Of a DNA stretch of 64,000 nt, positions 27,872 through 38,469 are shown piece by piece; position 1 is the first letter of the stretch; the number at the start of each line of letters is the position of its first letter. The stretch comes from an uncultured delta proteobacterium (lineage in GTDB: Bacteria; Myxococcota; Kuafuiibacteriia; Kuafuiibacteriales; Kuafuiibacteriaceae). The stretch covers positions 160,001 through 224,000 of the forward strand of contig CAWDML010000008.1 in the NCBI GenBank assembly GCA_963803435.1, given 5' to 3'. Both the position numbers and the translations under genes were made by a program. The notes beneath the pieces are model-generated. The model worked only from the letters and a program-made list of their open reading frames with translations. It did not search any database and was not told where the DNA came from.

Positions 27872-29661
27872 CGCATCTCGGCGCGGACCACGTCGCCGGT
27901 CCAGGGCAGCGTCATGAAGACGCGACCCCGGTCGTCGGCGCGCATGTGATAGACGGCGCCTTCGCCGATATCGACGGAGCCGGTGAGGAAGCGCTCCTCG
28001 CTGCGGCTCAACAGCGAGAGGTACGCCCGCCCGGTCTCGATGTTGCGGACGCCCGCCAGCACCAGATCCGGATCGGTGGGCCAGAGCGCGAAGTCGTAGA
28101 TCTCGGCGGGACCCTCGAACCAGCGAATGACATCGCAGTCCGTCCCATCGAGGGAGAGCTCGATGATCCAGCCGGTCCTCTCGTTGCGCGAGCCGAGCAG
28201 CCAGCCCTCTCCCGGGAGATACAGCATCTGCTCCGGACGCAGGCCGATGTTCTCGCAGACCGCGCTGAAGCGGACGCCCATCCCGGCGTTGCTGGGGAAG
28301 AACGGTGCGTTCGGGCTCGCGTCCGGCTTCGTCGGGTCCAGCAGGTGGATCTCGTCCGTCCTGCGCTCGAGGATCGCGATCACGTCGGTGTCGCGCTCCT
28401 GATGGTTGGCCATGTTCTCGAGCGTCTGGGACGACCACTCGTGCGCGAGCGCGGGCGTCCGATGGAACGTGTGCAGCTGAACGCCGTCGCTGTTCTGGAA
28501 CGCGACGGAGACCCGATCCGAGAGGCGGTGCACCACGATCGGCAAGGGATGCTCGGAGTCGGGGCGCTCGGGGATGAGCGCGCGCTCGAGGAGTCGGCCG
28601 TCCTTCGCGAAGCGTCCCAGCGAGCGGCCGTTCTCGGGCCCGAAGACCGCGAAGAGCTCGTCCCGCCCGGGGTTGCGCACCAGATCGCGCACGCACGGAG
28701 GACTGGTGGCGGTGCCGGTCGTCTGGAGCGTCTCGGGATCGAGGAAGTAGAAGCGTCCGGGTACATTCGCCGAGCATTCGTTGGACCAGGCCGCGCGCCC
28801 GTCGTCGGTCGCTACCACGATGCGATCGTCGAACACCTCGAGGCCGAACAGGTAGCCACCGACGGCCACCGCCGGCAGCGAGTCGGGCGGCTCCTCGGGA
28901 TCGCTGATCAGTGAGGCCGTCCGGATCACGAGGCGCGGCGGCGCCGCTTCGGGGAGGATCTCGATCCGGCACGGGAACGGTCGGATGCCGTCGCATAGGA
29001 TCGCCGCCGAAGCGCCGGGCGCGGGCGTCGCCGGAGAACAACCCGGGACCACCAGCCGATTGCCGGCGTCGAGGCGGCCCGCGAGCGACCCCGGTGCGCA
29101 CGAGAGATCGTCGGCGTCGATCTCGACCACACAGCCGCTCTGGCGCGCGACCAGGCCGCAGTAGGTGGCGTGGCACCGGGAGTCGACCAGGCGCGACTCA
29201 CCCGGAACCAGGCGGGCGCAGGGCGACAGCCAGCCGGCGGTGATGAAAGGCGGATCGAGCGCACCCTCGAGCGTCCCTCGCCCGTCGAACACTCGGCTGG
29301 TCTCGTAGTAGCTCGGCGCCGGGAGTGCGGGATCGTCAGGGGTCGCGAGCGTGATCGGCGCGGTCGCATCGCGGGCCTCGAAGCCGACGGCCGCCAGCTC
29401 AGAGGCGCGGAAACCGAAGAGCTGGACGAACGCCGCCCGCTCGAGCGACTCGGGGAGCGGCACGCCGATGGGGGTGCCGGAGGTGCGCTCCACCAACCCC
29501 GTGCTGTCGAGGACCCGCCCACTCCCGTCCTGGAGGAGCAGCGCCGTATACTCGACGTCGTCGGGGAGCCGTTCGCTCACGAGCGATCGTGCAGGGCTGA
29601 GGGAGCAGCCGAGCACGGACGAGCACAGGGCCAGCGCTCCCTGCCGCACCCGTGGAATCAT
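27868..29661 (-). CDS. Hypothetical lipoprotein with Cys-rich linker and probable beta-propeller
   Basis: Lipobox VLGC; Cys cluster in the middle; beta-strand-rich C-terminal repeats. Confidence 0.7.
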   Translation of the reverse strand: MIPRVRQGALALCSSVLGCSLSPARSLVSERLPDDVEYTALLLQDGSGRVLDSTGLVERTSGTPIGVPLPESLERAAFVQLFGFRASELAAVGFEARDATAPITLATPDDPALPAPSYYETSRVFDGRGTLEGALDPPFITAGWLSPCARLVPGESRLVDSRCHATYCGLVARQSGCVVEIDADDLSCAPGSLAGRLDAGNRLVVPGCSPATPAPGASAAILCDGIRPFPCRIEILPEAAPPRLVIRTASLISDPEEPPDSLPAVAVGGYLFGLEVFDDRIVVATDDGRAAWSNECSANVPGRFYFLDPETLQTTGTATSPPCVRDLVRNPGRDELFAVFGPENGRSLGRFAKDGRLLERALIPERPDSEHPLPIVVHRLSDRVSVAFQNSDGVQLHTFHRTPALAHEWSSQTLENMANHQERDTDVIAILERRTDEIHLLDPTKPDASPNAPFFPSNAGMGVRFSAVCENIGLRPEQMLYLPGEGWLLGSRNERTGWIIELSLDGTDCDVIRWFEGPAEIYDFALWPTDPDLVLAGVRNIETGRAYLSLLSRSEERFLTGSVDIGEGAVYHMRADDRGRVFMTLPWTGDVVRAEMR

Positions 29662-29690
29662 CGCTCCCGGACCTGTATGCTTCTAGCCCC

Positions 29691-30392
29691 GTGCATGCCC
29701 TTCTCCTCGCGCTGATGGCGTCGCCCGGGGTCGGCATTCACATCGGCGAGACCGAGCATGTTTCGTATCAGGAGGTGCTCGGCCTCGTGGAGCAGATGGC
29801 GACCTTGGTGAAGCAGAAGACGGGCCGTCCAGTCGTCATCGACAGCGCCGACTGGGAGCAGTGCCGGGGGCGTGGGCCGTGCGTCGACGCGGTCCGCGCG
29901 CGGACCGAGACCACCGACGTCGTCATCGTCCGTGTGCTGGCTGGGCCGCTGACGCTCGCGATCGCGTCCGAGCGGTTCTACGCCGACGTCGAGGCGACGC
30001 GGACCTCCTCCACCAGCGTGCCCAAGCACGATCAGCTCGCCTGGAGACAGAAGCTGGGCGGGATGGTGGCCCGTCTGTTCCCCGAGCTTCCCGTGCTCGA
30101 GCCGCCGCCCCCGTCCGGTCCCCTGGTCGTCGACCTGACGCCCCGACCGGCGGAGCACGGCGTCGCGCCCTGGGTGGTCCTCGGCGCCAGCGGCGCGGTC
30201 GCCGGGGTTGGGCTCGGCTTCGGGATCAGCAATCGCATCGCGCGCGCCCGGCTCGAAGGCGAGGTGACCACCATGGAGGAGCGCGCCGATCTGGAGGCCC
30301 GGATCCGGACGCACGGCATCGCGGCCATCGCGCTGCTCGGCACCGCCACGGTGGGAGCGGTCACGGCGATCCTCCTGTACGCGTTCGATTGA
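29691..30392 (+). CDS. Hypothetical exported protein with Pro-rich linker and C-terminal hydrophobic hairpin
   Basis: Signal-like N-terminus; PPPP linker; 'PWVVLGASGAVAGVGLGFG' and a second TM, as seen in myxobacterial kinase-associated proteins. Confidence 0.7.
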   Translation: MHALLLALMASPGVGIHIGETEHVSYQEVLGLVEQMATLVKQKTGRPVVIDSADWEQCRGRGPCVDAVRARTETTDVVIVRVLAGPLTLAIASERFYADVEATRTSSTSVPKHDQLAWRQKLGGMVARLFPELPVLEPPPPSGPLVVDLTPRPAEHGVAPWVVLGASGAVAGVGLGFGISNRIARARLEGEVTTMEERADLEARIRTHGIAAIALLGTATVGAVTAILLYAFD

Positions 30393-33207
30393 TGTCGCCC
30401 TCGAGGGCCAGCAGCTTCCGTCCGAGCGCTGTCAGGTCGGCCGGCGACGCCTCCGGCTTGAACGCGACCCGAAGCTCGAGGTAGCGCGCCTCGAGGGCCT
30501 CGATGTCGCTCGCGGGGGTCCGGTTGGCGAGCGACTGCAGCGACTTGGAGACCCGATCGATCTTTCGCTCGATCGTCGCCGCGCGACCGCCGATCTGCGG
30601 AAGCTTCTCCTCGATACCGGTGAGCGCCGCTTCGGCGCGTGCCTCGTTCTTCGCCTCCAGCGCGGACTGCCACTCCGTGAGCAGCGTGCTCACGCTCGGG
30701 TCCTGGGACACGTCCGTGGTGGTGAGCCCGCTCGCCCGCATCGCCTGCTGGAACCGCGCGCGCAGCGCCGCGATCCGCTTCTTGCTGTGCTTGCGCTTGG
30801 GCCGGGGATCGGGCGCGTCCGGCTGCACGATCTTGGGCGGCACGGGATCGGCGATCTCCTCGGGCGTGGCGACGACCGGATCGGCGGGCTCGACCGAAGG
30901 ACGCACCTCGACGCGCGGCTCGGGCTGGACGAGCGGCCGGACCTCGGCGGGGGGCGGCTCGACGACCGCCTCCTGTCGCTGCGTCCACCAGGTGTAGCCG
31001 AGCAGGCCCGAGAGCGTCCCGAGCAGCGTCAGGATCAGCGCAGTGAGGAAGAAGCCGGATCGGTTGCCGGACGAGAGGAGGGACGTCGGCGGCGGCGCGG
31101 TGTCCGTGATCTCGGGGATGGCGCCGGAGATGGAGGGCCGGAGCGAGGTCCACGGAGGCGGCTCGTCCAGCCCGATCGTGTCGAGACGCGCGAGGACCTC
31201 GTCGGCGCTGGCGGGGCGCTCCTCCGGCCTCTTCCGGAGGAGATCGAGGACGAGCTCGCCCAGGCCGGAGTCGTCGGGGATGGGCGCCGGGAGGGTGCGG
31301 AGCTGCTTCTCCACCACCTCGCTGCGCGTCCCCTCGAACGGCGGCGAGCGCATCATCATCCGGTAGATCACCACACCGAGCGAGTAGAGATCGCTGACCT
31401 GGGTGACGTTGGACGGCGAGAGGATCTGCTCCGGCGCCATGTACGTGGGCGTGCCGAGCAGTCGGTCCTGCGCTGTCAGTCGGGTCTCTCCCAGCGCGGC
31501 GTCGATCGTTCGCGCGATCCCAAAGTCGAGGATCTTGAGGACCTCGACGCCGTTCTCCTCGGTCACCATCACGTTCGCAGGCTTCAGATCCCGGTGCACC
31601 AGCCCGAGCCGATGGGCTTCGCGCAGGCCGAGCGTGATCTGACGGGCGTAGTGGGCGGAGCGCTCGGGCGAGAACGGGGCGCTGTCCATGATCAGCGAGT
31701 ACAGCGTTCGACCCCTCAGCAGCTCCATGGTGAGGAAGGGGCGGCCGCCCGAGAGGACGCCGAAGTCCACCACCTGCGCCACGTTCGGGTGTCGTAGCTG
31801 GCTCATGATCTTCGCCTCGCGGTGGAGGCGGCGGGTCCCGACCTCGGTGGTCGCCTGCGGAGCCAGCACCTTCACCGCGTACTCGAGATCGAGGCTGCCG
31901 TGCCGCGCGAGGTAGACCGTGCTCCAGCCGCCGCGGCCGATGACGCGCGTGACCTGGTAGCCGTGGATGGTCTCTCCGATCAGCGGATCCTGCTCGCTCG
32001 AGGCCGCCTCCCGTCGATGCTCGAGCTCGATCGTGTGGTCGGTGTGGAAGAAGTCGGGCTCTCGCCGCGTCGGCTCGACCAGCTCGAGCGGCAGGCGCAC
32101 GACCTCGCTGAACGAGCCCATGTTTCCGGTGCTGATCTGCGTCTCGGCATGCAGCGAGTCGGGGACGATCTCGGTGCCCCGCTCCTGGAACGCCAGCGGC
32201 GCGACGCCGACGGCGGTGAACTGCCGGATCGGCGCGTCGACGCTCCCGAGCATCGCCACGTCGAAGAGCTGCGCGATCGCGTTCTGCGGCTCCCGCTTGG
32301 CTTGCCTCTCCTTCGGGCGCAGCGACTCGAGCCAGGCGCGGGTCGCCCGCCGGACATCCTGCTTCGCGTGGGACAAGAGCGCCGCCCAGACCGCGTCCGC
32401 AAAGTCGCCGGCCGAAAGGAATCGCTCGTCCTTCTGGTGGCGGGTGGCGCGCTTCACGATCTGCGCACAGTCGGGGGACAGATCTGCGGAGAGCGGAATC
32501 TCGCCGCCGGCGGCCACCTTCAACCGGATCGTGTCCTTCTCGATCGGCGAGTGGCCCACGAGCATCCAGTGCAGCACGCAGCCGAGCGCGTAGAGATCGG
32601 CGCGACCGTCGATCGCGGCCGCGCGCGCCTGCTCGGGCGCCATGAAAGCGAAGGTCCCCTTGGTCAGTCCGACCTGCGTCTCCTCGATCCGGCGCTTGGC
32701 GCGGGCGACACCGAAGTCCGCCAGCTTCACGTCGCCGTTCCAGGAGATGAGGACGTTGGGGGGGCTGACGTCACGATGGATGATCCCCATCGGACGGCCT
32801 TCGCGATCGACAGCGCCGTGCGCGTACTCGAGCGCGCGCGCCACCTCGACCGTCACGTGGAGCGCCACGGCCTCGGGGAAGCGCTCGTTGCGCGCCCGCG
32901 CCAGCTTCATGAGCTCCTCGAGGTCGACCCCGTCGACGTGCTCGAGGACCTGAAACGGCCGATCGTCGAGCATGCCGAAGTCGAGGATGGCGACGATGTT
33001 CGGGTGGTTGAGCTGCCCGACGATGCGGGCCTCGTCGATGAACGCGTGGACCACCTTCTCGTCTTTGACGTAGGTGGGGAGGAGCTGCTTGAGGACGACG
33101 CGCCGTTCGAAGTCGTGACCACCTTGAACCAGCGCCTCCAGGACCTCCGCGATCCCGCCCCGCTTGATGGGGCGAACAACGCGATAACGGCTGGAGGTCC
33201 CGACCAT
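30361..33207 (-). CDS. Membrane Ser/Thr kinase with two tandem kinase domains
   Basis: Domain 1: HRDVSPPN/DFG/GTFAFMAPE. Domain 2: GRGGWSTVY/HRDLKPAN/DFG/GTPTYMAPE. One TM helix. Confidence 0.92.
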   Translation of the reverse strand: MVGTSSRYRVVRPIKRGGIAEVLEALVQGGHDFERRVVLKQLLPTYVKDEKVVHAFIDEARIVGQLNHPNIVAILDFGMLDDRPFQVLEHVDGVDLEELMKLARARNERFPEAVALHVTVEVARALEYAHGAVDREGRPMGIIHRDVSPPNVLISWNGDVKLADFGVARAKRRIEETQVGLTKGTFAFMAPEQARAAAIDGRADLYALGCVLHWMLVGHSPIEKDTIRLKVAAGGEIPLSADLSPDCAQIVKRATRHQKDERFLSAGDFADAVWAALLSHAKQDVRRATRAWLESLRPKERQAKREPQNAIAQLFDVAMLGSVDAPIRQFTAVGVAPLAFQERGTEIVPDSLHAETQISTGNMGSFSEVVRLPLELVEPTRREPDFFHTDHTIELEHRREAASSEQDPLIGETIHGYQVTRVIGRGGWSTVYLARHGSLDLEYAVKVLAPQATTEVGTRRLHREAKIMSQLRHPNVAQVVDFGVLSGGRPFLTMELLRGRTLYSLIMDSAPFSPERSAHYARQITLGLREAHRLGLVHRDLKPANVMVTEENGVEVLKILDFGIARTIDAALGETRLTAQDRLLGTPTYMAPEQILSPSNVTQVSDLYSLGVVIYRMMMRSPPFEGTRSEVVEKQLRTLPAPIPDDSGLGELVLDLLRKRPEERPASADEVLARLDTIGLDEPPPWTSLRPSISGAIPEITDTAPPPTSLLSSGNRSGFFLTALILTLLGTLSGLLGYTWWTQRQEAVVEPPPAEVRPLVQPEPRVEVRPSVEPADPVVATPEEIADPVPPKIVQPDAPDPRPKRKHSKKRIAALRARFQQAMRASGLTTTDVSQDPSVSTLLTEWQSALEAKNEARAEAALTGIEEKLPQIGGRAATIERKIDRVSKSLQSLANRTPASDIEALEARYLELRVAFKPEASPADLTALGRKLLALEGDINRTRTGGSP

Positions 33208-33218
33208 CTAGCTCCAAT

Positions 33219-34565
33219 TCATCTGAGGCCGTGCCGCTTCAGCATCTGCGTCAGATACGAGCGGTGGATCTCCGATTCGCGCGCGGCCTTCGACACGTTG
33301 TGCCGCGAGCGCTCCATCAACGCCTTCAGGTACCGCGCCTCGAACTCCTCCACGACCAGCGAGCGAGCGTCCTTGTAGGTCATCTCGAACAGCTTGGAGA
33401 ACGACACCGAGGGGAAGCTGTCCTCGGCCGCGACCCGCCCATCTCCCGGCTCTGAGGGCTCGTCCGTGGCGGTCTCCTCCAGGTGCGGCGGCTCGCCCAT
33501 CGCCAGCGCCGCCTCCACGAAGTTGCGGAGCTCCCGCACGTTGCCCGGCCAGCGGTGCGTGGTCAGCGCCTCGAGCGCCTCCGAGGGGACGATCTCGTCG
33601 ACGGGGCCGTTGAACCCGGCCTCGCGGAGGAAGTGCTCCACCAGGAGCGGGATGTCCTCCACCCGATCGCGGAGCGAAGGGATCCGCAGCAGCACCACCG
33701 CGATGCGATAGTAGAGATCCTGCCGAAAGCTCCCCTTGTTCACCTCACGGCGGAGATCGCGGTTGGTGGCGCAGACCACGCGGACGTCGACCGAGATCGG
33801 GCTCTGCCCGCCGACGCGACGGAACACGCGCCGCTCGAGGGCGCCGAGCAAGCTCGCCTGCAGCGCTGCGGGGAGCTCGCCGATCTCGTCGAGGAAGAGC
33901 GTGCCGCCGTTCGCGCGCTCGAAGGCGCCCACGTGCTGCTGCTCGGCGCCCGTGAACGCGCCGCGCTCGTGACCGAACAGCTCGCTCGCCACCAGCATCG
34001 GCGAGAGCGCACCGCAGTCGACTGTCTCGAAAGGCTTGTCGGCGCGCAGGCTGGACCCGTGGATCGCGCGGGCCACCACCTCCTTGCCGACGCCGGTCTC
34101 GCCGATGAGCAGTACTGACGCGTCGGTCTGGGCCACCCGGGCGATCTGCGCCATGAGCTTGCGCATCGAGGGCGAACGCCCGCGCAGGTCACCGAGGCGG
34201 TCGTCCTGCAGGACCTCCATGTCGAGGGTCTCACCGTCCTCGATCCGGAGACCCGTCTTGCCGAGCATGAGGACGGTCCCTGGAGCGATGGTGGCGCGTT
34301 CGACGGCGACTGGACCGACGATCGTGCCGTTCGTCGAACCGTGGTCCTGGATCAGGATCCGGCTGCCGAGGTGCCGGAGCTCGAGGTGATAGCGTGAGAC
34401 GGTGTCGTCCGTGAGGACCAGGTCGTTACCCTCTGCGGTGCCCACGCTGATCGTGTCGGAGGTGGCGAGAATGCTCTTGCCTCGATCGAGACCCTTCACC
34501 ACTTCGACCCGAAGGCTCTGCACCGGCAGCACCGAAGCTGTGTGGGGAACGGTGGTGTCCGGCAC
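33219..34565 (-). CDS. FHA-domain sigma54-dependent enhancer-binding protein
   Basis: FHA (VSRYH, DHGSTNGT); GETGVGKE, SELFGHERGAFTGA, LFLDEIGE, WPGNVREL; C-terminal Fis-type HTH. Confidence 0.95.
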   Translation of the reverse strand: MPDTTVPHTASVLPVQSLRVEVVKGLDRGKSILATSDTISVGTAEGNDLVLTDDTVSRYHLELRHLGSRILIQDHGSTNGTIVGPVAVERATIAPGTVLMLGKTGLRIEDGETLDMEVLQDDRLGDLRGRSPSMRKLMAQIARVAQTDASVLLIGETGVGKEVVARAIHGSSLRADKPFETVDCGALSPMLVASELFGHERGAFTGAEQQHVGAFERANGGTLFLDEIGELPAALQASLLGALERRVFRRVGGQSPISVDVRVVCATNRDLRREVNKGSFRQDLYYRIAVVLLRIPSLRDRVEDIPLLVEHFLREAGFNGPVDEIVPSEALEALTTHRWPGNVRELRNFVEAALAMGEPPHLEETATDEPSEPGDGRVAAEDSFPSVSFSKLFEMTYKDARSLVVEEFEARYLKALMERSRHNVSKAARESEIHRSYLTQMLKRHGLR

Positions 34566-34701
34566 CCGCCGAGGGTAGCAACGGCCTTACCGGAGGTCGA
34601 GGCTCGAGACACCTATCCGCAAGGAATCCGAGATGCTTCCGGAATTCGAGAGCGACTTCACACTTCTTCGCGCGCGCATCCGCCAGATGTAGGCGGGAGG
34701 C

Positions 34702-37700
34702 TCACGCTTCGTCTTTGATCTCGACGCCGCGCGGAAGGATCACGTGCTTCGTGTAGACGCGCGCAGCTTCGACGTTCGCGTCGGGCTCCTGCACCAGGCC
34801 GCCGTACGTATGCGCGTGCTCCCAGAGGATCCAGTAGGTCCCATAGTCGATGTTCTGGGCGTGGTGGAGCCCGGTGTGTCCATGGTCCACGTGGAAGGTC
34901 ACCGATTGGCTCTCCAGAACGCGCAGGCCGCGCGCCTCGGCGAGCTTCAGCGCGACTGGATCGCTCGTCAGGTAGGGGACGCCCATCGCCTCCGCCTTGG
35001 CCAGCATGTGCTCGTGGAGCGCCTCCACCGAGGCCGGCGGCGCGTTCTGACCTCCGTTCGGCTGGCGCAGGATGTCGAGCTCGATCGCGTGTCCGCGTTC
35101 GAACCCGGGGAAGGTGTAGCGGTACAGACGCGCGAACCCACGGACCTCCGTGGTGCCCGCGTCGACGACGCGCGCGATCTTGTACATCGCGCTGGCAACG
35201 TGCTCGATCAAAGACACCTGATTGCTGCCGCCGTTCGGACGTAGGCACGAGCTGCCGGTGAAGGACTGTATGAACCCCTCGAGCGAGTTCTCGTCGATCG
35301 CGTACCGCCCGTCGCGCGGGCTCGATCGGATGGTCTCCGCTGTCTCACGGATCTGGTGGATGGCCTGGCTGCATCCTCTCCCGCCGAGGGTCTTGACCGC
35401 AGACTCGGCCGCCGCCAGCGCCCCCTTGCTCTCGAGGAGCGACTTCACCGGATCGACGGTCGGATCCGCCAGCACCCGCTCGATCGTGAGCGCCAGCTCG
35501 AGCGCGGCGATCCGCCGGCTCGCCGGACCGAGCCTCCGCCTGAGGGCGCGGTGCTCGGCCTTCCCTCGCTCGGTGCCGTGGAACGCGTCGACCAGCTCGG
35601 CCTGCTCCGCCCGCAGCTTCTCGAGCGAGGCGCGATCCCAGGCGAGGCCTTCCCGCTCTCGCCGTCCTGGCTTCGCGGGATGACCTTCGTCCTGAAGGCC
35701 TTCCCGCTCTCGCCGTCCTGGCTTCGCGGGATGACCTTCGTCCTGAAGGCCTTCCCGCTCTCGCCGTCCTGGCTTCGCGGGATGACCTTCGTCCTGAAGG
35801 CCTTCGAAGCCGTCGCCGTTCAGGTTGACCTCCTCCGGCAGCGCCAGCTTCAGGCCCTTGAGGAGCGTGATGGCGCGCTTGATCTCCGGGCGCTCCGCCT
35901 GTGCCGGATCGGACATCGCGGTGAGGTCGTCGGTCATCCAGACCGCGATCTGCGCCGGGCTCAGCCCCTCGAGCTGTCGCTTGCCGACCTCGTTCTCGGC
36001 CTTCCAGTTGGGCCAGTTCTCCGAACCCACCGCGTCGATCACGGACATCAGCGGATCGCGCCACAGCTTGCCCTTGTCCGAGTACACCTGGATGTCGGGC
36101 GCGGTCGCCTGGATCAGCGTGTCGAGCTCGGTCTTCCAGCGAGTGAGCTCCGCCTGGCCCGCCGGAGTGGCCGGGACACCCGCGCCGGGCGCGCCCTTCC
36201 GCAGCTCTCGGATGGCGCCGATGGCGTCCTCGTCCTTCTCGAGCTTCTCGACGATCAGATCGATCGGAAGATCCTGCAACCTACCTTGCCGAAGCTCGAC
36301 CGCCACCATCTCGGCGGTCGCCATCAATGACTTCTGATCGAGGCCCGTGCCGATGAAGGCGTCCAGCAGATCGGGCCGTCCGGACTCGATCGAGGCGAAG
36401 ACCAGGTCGCGCATGACCCTGACCTGTGCGTGGCTCCGGAAGCCCTCGATCTTGGAGAGCAGCCAGCCGAGCTGCGCCTGGTTCAGGTGCCGTCCCGCGC
36501 TGAACGCGAGCTCCGCCGGCAGCCGATCGTGCGCTCGCAGGAAGTCGAGACCCTCGCGCTTGCTCCGGGCCCGGATCGCCAGCGCGCTCCCCGCTGCGCC
36601 CACGAACGCGAGTCGCTTCGGCTCGGTCAGCCCGAACCGCCAGTCGTCCTCGATCCGCGGGAAGGCGGTCTCGATGGGCCGGTCGACCATCGCGGACTCG
36701 CGCGCCACCTGGATCGCGCGCCGCACCAGCTCGAGCCGATCCTCTGGGTCCTGTCGATCGAGCTCCGCGATCGGAGCCAGCAGCTTCGCCAGCAGCGGCA
36801 CGGGATCATGGCGCAGCTCTCCGCGCAGGTCCGCGAGCCCGGGCCGCCCGGCGCCGTCCTGCGTGATCAGCCCCGAGAGCTTGACGTCGGGCAGCGCCTC
36901 CCGCACGGCCACCGCGAGCTGTCCTACGCGCTCCACGTCGTTGTACGCGATCGCCGCGCCGTACCCTCGGGACAGCTCGGACGCGATCGGACCCGCCTCG
37001 TCGCCGAGCATCGGGAACAGTACGGGGTGTGCGCTCGAAAACTTCTGCGCGAAGCGCTCGAGCTCCGGCTGATCGGCGGCGTGCCGGGCGCGGTCTGCGA
37101 GCCCCTGCGCCAGCGGGACGGCCACCGCCGGGTTGTAGACGTAGCGGAGGAGCACCAGCGCCGACCGCGCCGCCAGCGCCGGCGACAGATCGTCGAGCGC
37201 GGCTTCGGCGGCGGCGAGTTGAGCGTGATCCTGTCCGCCGACCGTCACAGCGGCGTCGATGAGCGCGAGCGCCACTCGACCTGCCTGGTGCCCTCGCGCT
37301 GCGGCCAGCACGTCGGCCGGTGCGTTCAGCATCCCGTGGAGCTGACCGCTGAAGTGCTCGAGCAAGGTGGCGCACGCCGGCGACCGCGCGTTTGCAAGAC
37401 AGATTGCGGCGATGTCTTCGAGGATCGGACGGTTCTGGTCGGTGATGCGGGCCTGGTTCTGGACCACCGCCGTCATCAGGTTCTGCGCGGCGGTGTAGAG
37501 GCGCTGGTCGCCGGAGGGGTTGAGCCTGAGCAGCTCCACGAGCGCGTTTACGAGGGGAGCTCCCGCGGCTCCCAGCGCCTGCGCGCTCTGCACGAGCTGT
37601 TCGATCGCCGCGGTCTGCGCGGGCGCCCAGTGAAGCGTGACCTTGTCCTGCGCCGCCGCCAGCGCGCCGCGCCAGTCCTTGGCATGGCTGAGGGCCTCGA

Positions 37701-38404
37701 GCACCGACAAGTTCAGCTCGGCGGCCTGCGCCTGATCGATCCCGGAGGCCGGCGAGGCGTTCTCGATGAACGCTCCGACCTCGCGCCAGAGCGCGGGTCG
37801 AATCGGCCGCCGAGAGGTTCTTCGTTCTCCGCTCGAGGACCTCCACGAGGTTGCGATACAGGTGAAGCGCCGTGTGTCCACCGGCGCGTCCTTCCTGCGC
37901 GGCGGCGAAGGTGCGGACCGCCTCGAGGGCCTGTCCTGCGTTCTTCGCCAGGTCGCCGGGTCCATGCTCACCGCGCCGCTCGAGCAGCGAGGCCAGGGTC
38001 GCGATCGCCGGCATGAGCCGTTCGTTGGAGCCGACGTCCTGAACGAGCGCATCCATCGCCTCCAGCGACGCCGCCGCTGCGTCGCCGCGGGTGGAGTGGG
38101 GCAGCTTCGTGAGCGTCTTGCCGAGCGCCTTGTAGAAGCCTTCGATCGTGCGCACGTACTGGCGGGCGCGGAACGGCTCCATCGTCACCGAAGCGTGGGC
38201 GAGCGAGTCGAGGTGCGGGATCGACGGCTCGAGCAGCTCGCCGTACTTCGCGGCGACGTCCGAGTGGACCAGAAGGCGTTCGAAGACGCGCATGTCGACG
38301 TCGGCGGCGACGGCCTTTGGGACGGCTCTCTTCTTGGCGGGCGCGACCTGTCGGTGGACCAGCTGGGCGTGGCCGGCGGCAAAGCGTCGGATCCAGGACG
38401 TCAT
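34702..38404 (-). CDS. Large orphan protein (~1230 aa), split by an apparent frameshift near 37795
   Basis: ORF from 38404 (GGAG RBS) is protein-like until ...AADSTRAL; the ORF ending at 34702 becomes protein-like at ALWREVGAFIEN. Confidence 0.65.
35645..35805. repeat. Three identical tandem 51-bp units plus an 8-bp partial unit, in frame within the CDS
   Basis: aggccttcccgctctcgccgtcctggcttcgcgggatgaccttcgtcctga at 35645, 35696, 35747, then aggccttc; encodes (EGLQDEGHPAKPGRRER)x3. Confidence 0.95.
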
Positions 38405-38469
38405 CTCCCTGTAGTGTCGGAGATTAGCGTACCTTTCGACTCCACCAGAGGGCGGATGATGTTAACCCG

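Noticed and set aside
35645-35805. Possible CRISPR array
   Set aside because: Units are directly tandem with no spacers, lie in frame within a CDS, and no cas genes are present.
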